64,000 bases of DNA from Escherichia phage JN02. The notes under the pieces are model-generated. The model did not search any database and had not been told where the DNA came from. It was given only the letters and a program-made list of their open reading frames with translations. Positions 49,576-60,589 of this stretch are shown piece by piece (positions within the stretch are counted from its first letter, which is position 1; every line of letters begins with the position of its first letter). The stretch is taken from sequence record MT782071.1; one strand, written 5' to 3'. The position numbers and the translations under genes were made by a program.

Positions 49576-50703
49576 ATGGAAAAATTTATGGCTAAGTTTG
49601 GACAAGGATACGTCCAAACGCCATTTTTATCGGAAAGCAATTCAGTACGATTTAAATTAAGCATAGCGGGATCTTGCCCGCTATCAACATCTCCTGCTTA
49701 TATTAAGTTCCAAGATAATCCACTTGGGTCCCAGGTTTTTTCCGTTGGATTAAACGTTCGTGTAATAAATCCTACAACAGGTGCAGTAGTTGAATCTAAG
49801 TCATATAATTTCTCTACTGAAAACGACGCCACATCAAGTGCATTTGTTACTTACATGGACACATATGCTTCAAATTTTATATTTGCTCTTGTTACTAACG
49901 CTAAAACAAACTTTCCGCCAGAAGTTCTTGCATGGTTTACTAAAGCTGGGAGTTCTGTTATTCCATTAGCTCAACAAGTTTTAAATATAGTGGACATTTC
50001 CTATTCGGCATTTTATATTTCTGGTAAGAATGCTATAGCACTAGAACATATTAAGTATAGTAATAAGAAAACTTCAACCGACTATAGTACACCACTTGAT
50101 GTTGTGTACGACACGATTGATGATATTGGTGCTACCGGCTTCCCTAGACGTACGTACGAATCGACAGACACATTTTTATCTGCCATTGGAGGTACTAATA
50201 ATGAAATTAAAAGGATGCCTACAACATCCATTATTACACCTCTCGCTGGGTATAAATTGAAGCCTGGAGATTTCCTTTATATGAAATTCCAACTAATGGC
50301 TGATGCTGATTTGTTAGCACAAGGGACGACACGACTTTCTATTCGTTTCTTTAAATCTCCTTCTACTTCACCTATTTCATTTAAGGATATAAACTTTGAT
50401 GGAGGCGCAGGTGAATGGAAGATATATGAAGACTACATAGAAATTCCTGCTGGTGCTGACGGGTTCACGATTTATTGTTATCGTACAGCTCCAGTCGGGC
50501 AAGGTGGATTAAGAAACGTTATATTCACTGAAGTATCATGTAATGGAAGCGTTTCAAAACCTGCGGAGTTTGGTATAAATGGTATTCGTGTAAATTATGT
50601 TTCAGAATCTTTAAGTGCTCCAGACATAATGACATTACCTACTCAATCTTCAACTGATACCGGTAAGGTATTTGGACAAGAATTTAAAGAAGCATCAGAA
50701 TAA
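49576..50703 (+). CDS. 35: long tail fibre hinge connector gp35
   Basis: 375 aa; T4 synteny. Confidence 0.88.
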   Translation: MEKFMAKFGQGYVQTPFLSESNSVRFKLSIAGSCPLSTSPAYIKFQDNPLGSQVFSVGLNVRVINPTTGAVVESKSYNFSTENDATSSAFVTYMDTYASNFIFALVTNAKTNFPPEVLAWFTKAGSSVIPLAQQVLNIVDISYSAFYISGKNAIALEHIKYSNKKTSTDYSTPLDVVYDTIDDIGATGFPRRTYESTDTFLSAIGGTNNEIKRMPTTSIITPLAGYKLKPGDFLYMKFQLMADADLLAQGTTRLSIRFFKSPSTSPISFKDINFDGGAGEWKIYEDYIEIPAGADGFTIYCYRTAPVGQGGLRNVIFTEVSCNGSVSKPAEFGINGIRVNYVSESLSAPDIMTLPTQSSTDTGKVFGQEFKEASE

Positions 50704-50708
50704 ATTTA

Positions 50709-50732
50709 GGGAGACTTCGGTCTCCCATTTTT
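50709..50732 (+). terminator. intrinsic terminator after gene 35
   Basis: GGGAGAC-UUCG-GUCUCCC followed by AUUUUU. Confidence 0.8.
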
Positions 50733-50733
50733 G

Positions 50734-50741
50734 TATAAATA
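50734..50741 (+). promoter_or_regulatory. late promoter TATAAATA (gene 36)
   Basis: exact TATAAATA after the gene 35 terminator, 25 nt before gene 36 ATG. Confidence 0.7.
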
Positions 50742-50765
50742 TGGTATACATATAAGGAGACAACT

Positions 50766-51431
50766 ATGGCCGATTTAAAAGCTGGTAGTACAACTGGCGG
50801 TGCCGTTATATGGCATCAAGGTAATTTCCCTTTAATGCCAGCAGGTGATGACGTCCTGTATAAAACGTTTAAACTCTATTCAGAATATAATAAACCACAA
50901 GCTGCTGATAACGATTTCGTTTCTAAAGCTAATGGTGGTACGTATGCCGCTCGAGTAACATTTAATAATGGTGTGCAAGTACCTTATGCCGTAAATAACA
51001 CAAATCAAAGCGGTATTTATCCTGGCAATGGTGATGCTGCTACTTTTGATACAGCAAATATTGATATTGTTTCATGGTATGGCATTGGTTTTAAATCATC
51101 ACAAGGATCTGCAGGTAGAACTGTTGTTGTTAACACTCGTACCGGTGATATCAGCACTAAGGGTGGTATTTATGCAAATGGACCCGTCCGTTCTAACGCT
51201 ACCGCTCCAGTTGCAGCAAATGATCTCACAAGAAAAGATTATGTTGATGGACGAATAAATATTGTTACGGATAACGCAAATTCCCGTGTATTGCGTTCTG
51301 GCGATACCATGGCTGGTACTTTAACAGCACCAAACTTTTTCTCACAGAATCCGGCGTCTGAGGCTAATCATGTTCCTCGTTTCGACCAGATTGTAATTAA
51401 AGATTCTGTTCAAGATTTCGGCTATTATTAA
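50766..51431 (+). CDS. 36: long tail fibre hinge-distal connector gp36
   Basis: 221 aa; late promoter TATAAATA upstream. Confidence 0.88.
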   Translation: MADLKAGSTTGGAVIWHQGNFPLMPAGDDVLYKTFKLYSEYNKPQAADNDFVSKANGGTYAARVTFNNGVQVPYAVNNTNQSGIYPGNGDAATFDTANIDIVSWYGIGFKSSQGSAGRTVVVNTRTGDISTKGGIYANGPVRSNATAPVAANDLTRKDYVDGRINIVTDNANSRVLRSGDTMAGTLTAPNFFSQNPASEANHVPRFDQIVIKDSVQDFGYY

Positions 51432-51439
51432 GAGGACTT

Positions 51440-54400
51440 ATGGCTACATTAAAACAGATACAATTTAAAAGAAGCAAAGTGGCAGGAGTTAATCCTACTG
51501 CAGCACAATTAGCCGAAGGCGAATTAGCGATAAACTTAAAAGATCGAACTCTTTTTACTAAAGATGACCTCGGTAATATTATTAGCCTAGGCTTTGCTAA
51601 GGGCGGGGATATTAACGGTAATGTAACTCAAAATGGTGATTATTTACAAAACGGCACATATAATCTTAATGGAACCCAGTTTGTTTATGCAGGAAAGTAT
51701 ATTGAATTCTTGCCAAAAACTGCTGGAAATGGCGCTTGGGCTAACCAACATCAGAATAAAGCCCCTATCTTTACAGATTTGAGTTCAACTACTTCAACTT
51801 CTGAATACCACCCTTTGATTAAGCAACGTTATAAAGATGGTACTTTTTCAGTAGGTACATTAGTAAGCGAAGGCTCATTTAGAGTCCATTATATTGATTC
51901 TACAGCTCCAGACAATTCTAAACACTGGGTCTTTAACCGTAATGGTAATTTTATTGTAGATTCTGGTAGTATTGAGGTCCGCACAGGTAATATTTCTGCG
52001 TCCGGAAATATTAACTCCGCTAATGGTATAGTTTCTGCTCCACAAGTTAATACGAAAACCATTGTTTTGGACACAAAAGCATTCGGACAATATGATTCGC
52101 AATCATTAGTTCAATATGTTTATCCTGGAACAGGTGAAGAAAATGGTATAAACTATCTTCGTAAAGTTCGAGCTAAATCGGGCGGAACTATTTACCATGA
52201 AATCGCTTCAGCTCAAACTGGTAAGAATGATGAAATTTCTTGGTGGACCGGAAATACACTTACTACTAAATTAATGGGTCTTCGTAATGATGGCGCAATG
52301 GTATTACGTCGTTCACTTGCTATTGGCACAATTACCACTGATGAAAATACTAACAACTATGGCTCTCCTACTCCAATGGGAGAAAGATATATTGCTTTGG
52401 GCGATGCTGCAACTGGTTTAAAATATATTAAGCAAGGCGTTTATGATTTAGTAGGTAATTGGAATTCTGTTGCTTCTATTACTCCTGATAGTTTCCGTAG
52501 TACTCGTAAAGCATTATTTGGACGCTCAGAAGACCAAGGCGGAACCTGGACAATGCCTGGAACCAACGCCGCGCTTTTATCGGTTCAAACCCAGGCTGAT
52601 ACAAACAATGCAGGTGATGGTCAAACCCACATTGGATATAATTCTGGCGGTAAATTTTCTCATTATTTCCGTGGTACAGGTCAGATGAATATCAATACCC
52701 AACAAGGTATGGAACTTAACCCAGGTATTCTTAAACTGGTAACCGGCGCAAATAATATACAGTTTTATGCCGACGGAACTATTTCTTCCATTCAACCTAT
52801 TAAATTAGATAACGAGATATTTTTAACTAAATCTGATAATAGTGCAGGTCTTAAATTCGGAGCCCCTAGCCAAGTTGATGGCACAAGGGTTATCCAGTGG
52901 AATGGCGGCACTCGCGCTGGTCAGAATAAGAGTTATGTAACTGTAAAGGCTTGGGGTAATTCATTTAACGCATCCGGCGATCGTACTCGTGAAACAGTTT
53001 TTGAAGTAGCTGACGGGCAGGGATATTATTTTTATTCTCAGCGCGTAGCTCCAACCGGTTCAGAAACTGTGGGACCTGTTGTAACCCAGTTCAATGGACA
53101 AGTTAATGCTAGAGGGAGCATTATCACCGATGGAAGTCTTAGAGTTAATGGATTAAGTGCATTATCCGGACAAGTTACTATGGATAACGGGCTTGTTTTA
53201 TCCGGTGGTGGTTCTATTACCGGCCAAGTTAAAATCGGTAATACCGTAGATGCTTTCCGTATTTACAATGCTGAATATGGAGCTATTTTCCGTCGTTCTG
53301 AAGCGTCTTTGCATATTATACCTACACTTAAAGATGCAGGTGAAAGTGGTGGAATAAGTAATCTCCGTCCACTAAGTATTAGTCTTAATAATGGTATGGT
53401 TCAAATGCGCCATTCTGTTACGTTAGGTGATGATGGTGCTGGCGGTAATATGGTGACCGTTGATAATGATAATAAACTTGTTGTTATAACTAGCCATAGT
53501 CGCATTTCTCCTAATTACCGTATGCAGTTAGGTCAGTCGGCATACATTGATGCAGAATGTACTGATACTGCACGACCTGCTGGAGCCGGTTCTTTTGCTT
53601 CACAAAATAATGAAAACGTTCGTGCTCCGTTCTATATGAATATTGATAGAACAGATACAAGCACTTATGTTCCTATTGTGAAACAAAGATACGTTCAAAA
53701 TAATAGTTGCTATTCTATTGGTACTTTAATTAATGGTGGTAACTTTAGAGTTCATTATCACGAAGGTGGTGACGGCGTTTCTACTGGTGCTGTTATAAAG
53801 GATCTTGGATGGGAATTTAATAAAAACGGTGATTTTTATTCTCCTGGTAAATTAGGCGCTGGTAATGTTCGTATTGGTACTGATGGTAATATCACTGGCG
53901 GTTCTGGTAATTTTGCTAACTTGAATACCACAATAAATAACCTTAAGACGGATATTGTCTCAAGTTATCCAATTGGTGCTCCGATTCCTTGGCCTACTGA
54001 TACACCTCCTGAAGGTTACGCCATAATGGAAGGTCAAACATTTGATGCTGAGTTGTATCCTAAGTTAGCTGCTGTGTATCCTTCCGGCTCTCTGCCTGAT
54101 ATGCGTGGTCAAACTATCAAGGGTAAACCATCTGGGCGTGCTGTATTAAGTACAGAAGCAGACGGTGTTAAGTCACATAGCCATAGTGCAAGTGCATCAA
54201 GCACAGATTTGGGTACTAAAAATACGTCAAGTTTTGATTATGGTAGCAAAACGACTTCAAGCTTTGATTATGGTACTAAGACCAGTAATACCACTGGCAA
54301 CCATAACCATACAGTAAGTGGTAATACTAGTTCCGCTGGTGCTCACCAACACGCGCGTTCAGGCCCTCAGATACAAGCCGGCATACCCAATAACATATTC

Positions 54401-54721
54401 TATGACGGATATAATAGTGTAGGTGCAAACGCCAACGCTAAATTCACTGGATCCGTGAATGGTGCTACTGCAGGGTCGAATATAGCCAAAACTTCTTCAG
54501 ATGGTGCTCATACTCATAGTTGGTCAGGTACTACAAGTACCACAGGTAACCATGCTCATACGGTAGGTATTGGTGCTCATTCTCATACTGTGGGTATTGG
54601 TGCTCATTCTCATACTGTTGCAATTGGTTCCCATGGACATACAATAACTGTAAATGCCACAGGAAATACAGAAAACACTGTTAAAAACGTTGCTTTTAAC
54701 TATATCGTTCGTTTAGCATAA
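51440..54721 (+). CDS. 37: long tail fibre distal subunit gp37 (receptor-binding fibre)
   Basis: 1093 aa; conserved gp37 core; C-terminal HxH repeats; distinct tip segment. Confidence 0.95.
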   Translation: MATLKQIQFKRSKVAGVNPTAAQLAEGELAINLKDRTLFTKDDLGNIISLGFAKGGDINGNVTQNGDYLQNGTYNLNGTQFVYAGKYIEFLPKTAGNGAWANQHQNKAPIFTDLSSTTSTSEYHPLIKQRYKDGTFSVGTLVSEGSFRVHYIDSTAPDNSKHWVFNRNGNFIVDSGSIEVRTGNISASGNINSANGIVSAPQVNTKTIVLDTKAFGQYDSQSLVQYVYPGTGEENGINYLRKVRAKSGGTIYHEIASAQTGKNDEISWWTGNTLTTKLMGLRNDGAMVLRRSLAIGTITTDENTNNYGSPTPMGERYIALGDAATGLKYIKQGVYDLVGNWNSVASITPDSFRSTRKALFGRSEDQGGTWTMPGTNAALLSVQTQADTNNAGDGQTHIGYNSGGKFSHYFRGTGQMNINTQQGMELNPGILKLVTGANNIQFYADGTISSIQPIKLDNEIFLTKSDNSAGLKFGAPSQVDGTRVIQWNGGTRAGQNKSYVTVKAWGNSFNASGDRTRETVFEVADGQGYYFYSQRVAPTGSETVGPVVTQFNGQVNARGSIITDGSLRVNGLSALSGQVTMDNGLVLSGGGSITGQVKIGNTVDAFRIYNAEYGAIFRRSEASLHIIPTLKDAGESGGISNLRPLSISLNNGMVQMRHSVTLGDDGAGGNMVTVDNDNKLVVITSHSRISPNYRMQLGQSAYIDAECTDTARPAGAGSFASQNNENVRAPFYMNIDRTDTSTYVPIVKQRYVQNNSCYSIGTLINGGNFRVHYHEGGDGVSTGAVIKDLGWEFNKNGDFYSPGKLGAGNVRIGTDGNITGGSGNFANLNTTINNLKTDIVSSYPIGAPIPWPTDTPPEGYAIMEGQTFDAELYPKLAAVYPSGSLPDMRGQTIKGKPSGRAVLSTEADGVKSHSHSASASSTDLGTKNTSSFDYGSKTTSSFDYGTKTSNTTGNHNHTVSGNTSSAGAHQHARSGPQIQAGIPNNIFYDGYNSVGANANAKFTGSVNGATAGSNIAKTSSDGAHTHSWSGTTSTTGNHAHTVGIGAHSHTVGIGAHSHTVAIGSHGHTITVNATGNTENTVKNVAFNYIVRLA
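54566..54646 (+). repeat. 27-bp tandem coding repeat in the gene 37 C-terminus
   Basis: GGTATTGGTGCTCATTCTCATACTGTG twice, then a degenerate third unit; encodes GIGAHSHTV. Confidence 0.7.
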
Positions 54722-54727
54722 GGAGAA

Positions 54728-54746
54728 GGGACTTCTGTCCCTTTTT
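54728..54746 (+). terminator. terminator-like hairpin after gene 37
   Basis: GGGAC-UUCU-GUCCC followed by T5, directly before gene 38 ATG. Confidence 0.65.
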
Positions 54747-54751
54747 ATAAT

Positions 54752-55303
54752 ATGAAACTCTATCACTATTATTTTGACACTAAAGAATTTTACAAAGAAG
54801 AAAATTATAAACCATTAAAAGGCGTAGGATTTCCGGCTCATTCAACACCAAAAAAACCTTTAGACCCTAAAGAAGGCTATGCTGTTATATTTGACGAACG
54901 CGAGCAAGAATGGGTATATGTTGAAGACCATCGTGGAAAAACAGTATGGACTTATGATAAGCAAAAAATTGTTATTGACACTCCAGGTGCTCTTCAAAAT
55001 GTTACTACAGAAGAACCCGGTGAATTTGACATTTGGACCGGCGACGGGTGGAAGGAAGATGAAGCATATAAACGCGTAGTTCAACGTGATAAGAAAATTC
55101 ATGAACTCTATAAATTATTCAGTGTTTTAAGTTCTCTTATTGACGCAGAGGTTGCTAATAGAGAAGAAAAACGAAAATTTAAAGAGCTCAAAAAATTCTT
55201 TGCCCTTTTAGAAAAACACGAACATCTTGGCGGTGAATTCCCTAAATTCCCTGACCTTGAAAAGAAATCTATTGTCAAAGCGATTATAAATATCTTTAAG
55301 TAA
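54752..55303 (+). CDS. 38: gp38 tail fibre assembly chaperone (T4 type)
   Basis: 183 aa; matches T4 gp38 N-terminus (MKLYHYYFDTKEFYKEENYKP...). Confidence 0.9.
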   Translation: MKLYHYYFDTKEFYKEENYKPLKGVGFPAHSTPKKPLDPKEGYAVIFDEREQEWVYVEDHRGKTVWTYDKQKIVIDTPGALQNVTTEEPGEFDIWTGDGWKEDEAYKRVVQRDKKIHELYKLFSVLSSLIDAEVANREEKRKFKELKKFFALLEKHEHLGGEFPKFPDLEKKSIVKAIINIFK

Positions 55304-55312
55304 GGAGGTATT

Positions 55313-55972
55313 ATGGCAACACCAAAAGTATCATTTTCGCCTAGTGATATTCTATTTGGGTTGCTAGATCGTATTTTCAAAGATAACGCTACTGGAAAGG
55401 TTTTAATGTCACGAGTAGCGGTAATTATTCTTTTGTTCCTAATGGCACTAATATGGTACAAAGGAAGTATTTTGCTGGATTATTATGTAAGAGCTAAGTA
55501 TGATACTTATACTGAAATAATCCAAAAAGAACGAGCTTTACGTTTTGAATCTGCGGCTCTAGAACAACTGCAAATAGTTCATATCTCATCTGGTGCAGAT
55601 TTTAGTGCTGTGTATTCTTTCAGACCTAAAAACTTAAATTATTTTGTCGACCTTATAGCTTATGAAGGCAAACTACCTAGCACAATTTCTGAAAAGTCCC
55701 TTGGTGGATTCCCGGTGGATAAAACGGCCGATGAATATATAATTCATTTAAGCGGCCGTCATTTCTCATCTAAATCAGAATTTGCATTTTTGCCTACAAA
55801 ATCTAAGACTGCCGAACTTTCTTATATGTATAGTTGTCCATACTTTAATTTGGATAACATCTATGCTGGAACTGTGACGATGTATTGGTATAAGGGGAAT
55901 AATATACTTGAGGAGGATCGCTTAGCGGCTATATGCAACCAAGCGGTCCGAATACTAGGAAGGGCTAAATAA
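55313..55972 (+). CDS. t: holin T
   Basis: 219 aa; matches T4 holin. Confidence 0.93.
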   Translation: MATPKVSFSPSDILFGLLDRIFKDNATGKVLMSRVAVIILLFLMALIWYKGSILLDYYVRAKYDTYTEIIQKERALRFESAALEQLQIVHISSGADFSAVYSFRPKNLNYFVDLIAYEGKLPSTISEKSLGGFPVDKTADEYIIHLSGRHFSSKSEFAFLPTKSKTAELSYMYSCPYFNLDNIYAGTVTMYWYKGNNILEEDRLAAICNQAVRILGRAK

Positions 55973-56245
55973 TTAGTTGTTAGAATACATCGCTAAATGA
56001 CGATAAATATTTTCAAAACCTTCATTGAATTCACTAATCAGTGTTTTCTTTTCTTCGGCAGTTAAATTTGTAATTAGTTTTCTGAACGAATTCTGATTTA
56101 GCTGCCGACCATCTTTTTTAATTCCAATCTCATTCAAGAATCCGATGAAACTTGCTCGGTCTTCGACAATATCTTCCCTAGAGAATTTAATCAAAATAGA
56201 AGCAATAGTAATAATTTCACGTACGATTTCAATGTCTTTATTCAT
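55973..56245 (-). CDS. asiA: anti-sigma-70 factor AsiA
   Basis: 90 aa; matches T4 AsiA. Confidence 0.92.
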   Translation of the reverse strand: MNKDIEIVREIITIASILIKFSREDIVEDRASFIGFLNEIGIKKDGRQLNQNSFRKLITNLTAEEKKTLISEFNEGFENIYRHLAMYSNN

Positions 56246-56279
56246 AACGTTTTATTCATTCCACTTAGTTGATATGGAT

Positions 56280-56309
56280 ATAGTACCATTATCAGTGTTG
56301 ATTGTAAAC
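56280..56309 (-). promoter_or_regulatory. early promoter (asiA)
   Basis: GTTTAC, 18 nt, TACTAT about 35 nt upstream of asiA ATG, overlapping the end of the upstream ORF. Confidence 0.55.
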
Positions 56310-56453
56310 GGCTTTTTCTACGCTTTTAACGTAATTGGTATAGTCTTCCTGTTCGTACGAGTGTAAGGCCAAGAACGGAACTAATAGTTCATTATAGACT
56401 AAAGCCTCACGCTCACGTTCGGCCTCTACTACGTTCTGAAGATTATGACTCAT
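56292..56453 (-). CDS. hypothetical small protein
   Basis: 53 aa from internal ATG; asiA early promoter lies in and just after its 3' end. Confidence 0.4.
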   Translation of the reverse strand: MSHNLQNVVEAEREREALVYNELLVPFLALHSYEQEDYTNYVKSVEKAVYNQH

Positions 56454-56742
56454 ATCGTTCCTTATAACTATCAATGTAGTCCTGTATGTCAAAGAATGAC
56501 ATTTCATATTCTAGGGCATTAAGAGCCCGTTCTTCAGTATAGTCAGAACCAAAGACGATAGTGATTTCACCAGGCTTCATGTGATTGAAATCAACACTAA
56601 AAGGAATACGAGAACATACTTCGTCTGCCATATCTGCAACAACACTACGATACACTTCTCGGTTAACCTGATAAAGCTCTGCGAGTTCTTCACAACGAAT
56701 AACAAGTTCAGTGGCAGGATTTTCTTTGATTTTAGTAAGCAT
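56443..56742 (-). CDS. arn: acidic protein at the arn (anti-restriction) position
   Basis: 99 aa, D/E-rich; sits between asiA and motA as arn does in T4; identity not verifiable here. Confidence 0.5.
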   Translation of the reverse strand: MLTKIKENPATELVIRCEELAELYQVNREVYRSVVADMADEVCSRIPFSVDFNHMKPGEITIVFGSDYTEERALNALEYEMSFFDIQDYIDSYKERYES

Positions 56743-56816
56743 AGTCTTTACCCTTATGTTTTTGTTTACGTTTAGATTGAAGTTCTGATTTCTTCTTGTC
56801 CTTATGGACAGAAGCC

Positions 56817-57041
56817 TTATTGAAATCGTGTTTTGCTACAAGATTGTTCATAATGATTTATAACCTCATTTAAACATTTATCGGTAAAAGAAAACTTTTT
56901 AGCCACAGAACATTCGATAATGTGCTCTTTCAAATCTTTAGAGTCGGTATATCCCATCTCAGTAATAAAGTGGCGAATTAAAGCTTTATTCTTATCATTA
57001 ACAGAATTAAAATAATCTGCTTTAGAATCAATTATTCTCAT
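56817..57041 (-). CDS. hypothetical protein (arn.x position)
   Basis: 74 aa, ATG start. Confidence 0.5.
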   Translation of the reverse strand: MRIIDSKADYFNSVNDKNKALIRHFITEMGYTDSKDLKEHIIECSVAKKFSFTDKCLNEVINHYEQSCSKTRFQ

Positions 57042-57309
57042 CGTCTAATTTCCTTAATTGATATTGCAACGAGCTAATAATTTCTTCGTTCATTTTAATA
57101 TACATGTCACGCAAGAAAGATTTTAACCCGTCACGAATAATTGCTAACGTATCACCTTTACATAAATTAACCAAATAAGGATGGTCTAAAGCGTCCCAAC
57201 CAGGCTGATTAGCATACATACCATAGTTTTCTTCCATCATATGATTAAGACGTTTGATATCTTGGATACGTGATTCAATAGCATCTTTCTGGAGTTGTTT
57301 AATATTCAT
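57028..57309 (-). CDS. hypothetical protein (arn.x position)
   Basis: 93 aa, ATG start. Confidence 0.5.
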   Translation of the reverse strand: MNIKQLQKDAIESRIQDIKRLNHMMEENYGMYANQPGWDALDHPYLVNLCKGDTLAIIRDGLKSFLRDMYIKMNEEIISSLQYQLRKLDDENN

Positions 57310-57770
57310 TAATAAAGGTCCTCTGAATAAAGTTCTTTCTCACTTCCACCGCGTTCAATACGTACCTGACCAGCATACGTTGCAATAATCATTGCTTCTT
57401 CACGAGTCCAGTAATTAGAGTATTGGTCGATAAAGCCTTGGTCATCGCCACAAACTTGTTGCGAGACTAATTGAGGACCAACTATATCAAGTACTTCAGC
57501 CATATCTTTAGAGTAATGACGAACTCCAGGAATAACCAGAGTTCCACCACTCTTCAATTTAAACCTATTAGCTGCACATACTATAACACGTTGAACTTTT
57601 TGGTCATTATTCCAATAACACGTTTGCCAACAGATTTCAGGAACTTCATTCATTACATCATCAGCAGAATAATTATAACCATAGGACTGAAATTTTTCTG
57701 CTAGACTTTCAGGAGTCTCACGAGACAAGGCCAAATCTAATAGCTCTAAACGTTCTTTAAATGATTTCAT
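57309..57770 (-). CDS. hypothetical protein (arn.x position)
   Basis: 153 aa, ATG start. Confidence 0.55.
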   Translation of the reverse strand: MKSFKERLELLDLALSRETPESLAEKFQSYGYNYSADDVMNEVPEICWQTCYWNNDQKVQRVIVCAANRFKLKSGGTLVIPGVRHYSKDMAEVLDIVGPQLVSQQVCGDDQGFIDQYSNYWTREEAMIIATYAGQVRIERGGSEKELYSEDLY

Positions 57771-58111
57771 TTAAACCATTCCTTAATACGTTGCCAAATA
57801 GATTTTTGTGCTTGTTTATTTACACCAATCGAACGAATAACCGGTTGTGACTGCTGATATTCTTTATAATCTTCTTTATAGATTTCGTAAGCTGCATCAA
57901 CAAATGAACTGATCGCTGCCATGTAGTTTTTACGAAGGCCACCAGGAGCTACTCCATTAGGGAATTCAGAATTTTCGCGAATAATTAAATATAACCCAGC
58001 TTTAACTTTAACGATAGTTCCAAGATAAGCCCCGTGGTACCAAATATCCCATCCTTCCTGAGTAGGTTCTGCACATTTACGAAGTTCGTTAATAATATTC
58101 AGCTTATTCAT
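57767..58111 (-). CDS. hypothetical protein (arn.x position)
   Basis: 114 aa, ATG start. Confidence 0.55.
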   Translation of the reverse strand: MNKLNIINELRKCAEPTQEGWDIWYHGAYLGTIVKVKAGLYLIIRENSEFPNGVAPGGLRKNYMAAISSFVDAAYEIYKEDYKEYQQSQPVIRSIGVNKQAQKSIWQRIKEWFK

Positions 58112-58121
58112 TATGTATTCC

Positions 58122-58754
58122 TCACAGTACGTTAGTTACAAGGGTAATGATTTCTTTGGACACATTAGGGAAGTCGATGTAGGTATATTTACCACCGATC
58201 TTAATCTTAACATCATTTTCAAGAGAAGTAAACAGCTTTGATTCAGTTTCTGTCATGTTGTATGCAAAGATTCTAAGAGCGCCATCTCGACGAATTTCGA
58301 TCTGACGAATACCTAGAACTCGTTTTGCAAATCGAACTTCCAAGTTACTACGGTTTTCACCAATTTCTTTAACTTCAACTTTATCTTTAATATTTTCAAA
58401 AACAAAGTTTGCTAGTTCATGCATTTCAGGAGTAACTCCACGTGCTTTTCTGGTGTTACGTTTCTGAAGAAGTTCCGGAGCATTTTCTTGAGCAAATAGG
58501 TCTGCAGCTTTTTGGATAATATCCATTGCTTCACCTGTTGCTATAAGTCCATCACCAGATTTTTCGACTAAACCTTTCTTAATCAATACACCAATGTTAG
58601 AGTTAACAACCGATGCATTGTATTCCGCTTCCAGAGCTTCACGGACATTGGCAGCAGTGGTGAAGTTGTTCTTAATGATATAAACCATTATTGCAGCAGT
58701 TTTTTCATTCAGAGCGTTTTCAGAAGCTTTGATGATGTAAGTAACTTTAGACAT
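58122..58754 (-). CDS. motA: MotA middle-transcription activator
   Basis: 210 aa; N-terminal domain matches T4 MotA. Confidence 0.85.
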   Translation of the reverse strand: MSKVTYIIKASENALNEKTAAIMVYIIKNNFTTAANVREALEAEYNASVVNSNIGVLIKKGLVEKSGDGLIATGEAMDIIQKAADLFAQENAPELLQKRNTRKARGVTPEMHELANFVFENIKDKVEVKEIGENRSNLEVRFAKRVLGIRQIEIRRDGALRIFAYNMTETESKLFTSLENDVKIKIGGKYTYIDFPNVSKEIITLVTNVL

Positions 58755-58820
58755 TTTATTTCTCCAAATTAGTATTTGTTTTGATAGGTCTATAATATCA
58801 TGTTTGAAGCAAAAGTAAAC
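58747..58820 (-). repeat. promoter-leader direct repeat, copy A (motA)
   Basis: about 75 bp nearly identical to 59066-59141, covering -35, -10, RBS and the ATG-TCT-AAA start. Confidence 0.75.
58792..58820 (-). promoter_or_regulatory. early promoter (motA)
   Basis: GTTTAC, 17 nt, TATTAT; part of direct repeat copy A. Confidence 0.65.
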
Positions 58821-58857
58821 TTTATTTTGGGCTCTTTTTCAAAAGCCCTGGTAAAAT

Positions 58858-59073
58858 TTACAAACTCATTTCTTTAATAAGGCTAATAAGTTTTGCCTTT
58901 TTAGAACGAAGCTTTTCTAAATGATGTCCATTTGAACCGCGAACCACTAAAGAATTGATTTCAACTTCTAAGAAATTTAATTCTTCAACAAGTGCTTTAC
59001 GTGGAGCATTCATACCAGGTTTAACTTTACCGAAACGAGTAGTTGTGTTTTGGGTTAATTTCATTTTAGACAT
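58858..59073 (-). CDS. small basic protein
   Basis: 71 aa, K/R-rich; promoter, SD and first codons duplicated from motA. Confidence 0.5.
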   Translation of the reverse strand: MSKMKLTQNTTTRFGKVKPGMNAPRKALVEELNFLEVEINSLVVRGSNGHHLEKLRSKKAKLISLIKEMSL

Positions 59074-59141
59074 TTTATTTCTCCAATTTGGTTGTTTTGT
59101 TTTGATAGGTCTATACTATCATGTTTGAAGCAAAAGTAAAC
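59066..59141 (-). repeat. promoter-leader direct repeat, copy B (71-aa ORF)
   Basis: near-identical to copy A. Confidence 0.75.
59113..59141 (-). promoter_or_regulatory. early promoter (71-aa basic ORF)
   Basis: GTTTAC, 17 nt, TAGTAT; part of direct repeat copy B. Confidence 0.65.
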
Positions 59142-59167
59142 TGTTTTGTGAGAAAAAATGCACAAAA

Positions 59168-59183
59168 GGGAGCCGAAGCTCCC
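59168..59183 (-). terminator. intrinsic terminator after gene 52
   Basis: minus strand GGGAGC-UUCG-GCUCCC followed by a U-rich tract. Confidence 0.75.
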
Positions 59184-59259
59184 TAATCATGTTTGTCCAA
59201 CCAATACAGCCAAATCACTAGTGCAGCTATTGCACCGAGAAATCCTAAGGCCAGGGCAC

Positions 59260-60585
59260 TCAAAGTGCCTCCAAGTCTTTAGTGTACTCGGTCACAACAT
59301 CAGTAGACTTCCAATACTCATTTTCTTCTTTCTTAGCTTTAGCTTCTTCTGCCAGTTTGCGTGCTTCGTCGGAAGTGATATGGAAGATGTTAAGACCTAC
59401 CAGTTTATCGACATGTTCTTTATACATTTCGATTTGTGCTAGCTCTTCAGTCAAAGCTTTACGAGTCTTGCCCTGAATCACGATTTCACCTGTAATAACT
59501 TTTTTGATGAAGTGTGCCTTAGCAAAAGCAAGTTTAAATGCTTTTTCAGATTCAAGGATTTTGTTGTCAATACGTTTCTGAACGTAAGTCTTACGGACTT
59601 CAACAAAATCTTTGATTAAGTCTACTACATTATCATAGACTGCTAATTTACCCTTTTCATTAATCACTGTGATGTTTTGTGAACGACGTTCGATGAGACT
59701 AAAATCTTTCATGATTTTTTCATGACGTAGCTCTTCATCATCAGGAAGCGAGTACTCTTTACGGAACTTCACTTTAAACCCAAAGCCGTGTTCACCACAA
59801 TCATCTTCCCATGAGATTAGACCTTTGTCTTCCAACGGGTCAAGAACCTTACTCACATACGTTTCACGGTCGAATTTATACGGGATTTCAGTTATCTGCA
59901 TTTGAGTGCGAGATGTGAACTTATATGTTCCGTGAATCTCATAACGCCCATCAACTTCATGTACTTCACCACGGAATTCCGGGAATTCAACTTTTGGCTT
60001 AGTGACATTTTTACCTTGAAGAGCTTGTAATACAGCCTTTTTGACCGATTTAAAACTATGAGGCAGAATATTTGTTGCGTAACCGGTTGCAATACCAGAT
60101 ACGCCGTTCAAAAGAACTGTCGGAATAATAGGAAGATAGAATTTTGGTGGAATGTGTTCTTTATCTTCATGAGCTGGAGCATATTCAGTATCTTTATATA
60201 CGTTATAGAAATTTTTACTCACACGAGCAAAAATATAACGAGATGCTGCAGCTTTTTGGACTGTTCGAGAACCAAAGTTGCCTTGGCCATCTAACAGTGG
60301 ATAGTTGTTGTTCCATGTGTTAGCCATCAATGCACCTGCATCTTGTGCAGAAGATTCACCATGGTGATAACCTAAATCTGCAACACCACCTGCAATTGAC
60401 GCAAGTTTATGAAATTTTTCTTTATTACCACGAGCCAAATCTAATGCACGATGAACCACAAAACGTTGAACCGGCTTAAATCCATCGATCATGTTTGGGA
60501 TTGCACGGTTTTCAACGGTGTACATCGCATATGCTAAGGCTTCGTTATCAATAATACTTTTTAGATTACGAGAATTCAATTGCAT
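59260..60585 (-). CDS. 52: DNA topoisomerase II medium subunit gp52
   Basis: 441 aa; T4 size and position. Confidence 0.93.
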   Translation of the reverse strand: MQLNSRNLKSIIDNEALAYAMYTVENRAIPNMIDGFKPVQRFVVHRALDLARGNKEKFHKLASIAGGVADLGYHHGESSAQDAGALMANTWNNNYPLLDGQGNFGSRTVQKAAASRYIFARVSKNFYNVYKDTEYAPAHEDKEHIPPKFYLPIIPTVLLNGVSGIATGYATNILPHSFKSVKKAVLQALQGKNVTKPKVEFPEFRGEVHEVDGRYEIHGTYKFTSRTQMQITEIPYKFDRETYVSKVLDPLEDKGLISWEDDCGEHGFGFKVKFRKEYSLPDDEELRHEKIMKDFSLIERRSQNITVINEKGKLAVYDNVVDLIKDFVEVRKTYVQKRIDNKILESEKAFKLAFAKAHFIKKVITGEIVIQGKTRKALTEELAQIEMYKEHVDKLVGLNIFHITSDEARKLAEEAKAKKEENEYWKSTDVVTEYTKDLEAL

Positions 60586-60589
60586 ATTT

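Noticed and set aside
51028-52795. Short alternative-frame ORFs inside genes 36 and 37
   Set aside because: Embedded in well-supported tail fibre genes; no independent signals
59158-59476. Plus-strand ORFs 59158..59442 and 59282..59476
   Set aside because: They span the gene 52 terminator and gene 52 antisense sequence; hydrophobic low-complexity translation
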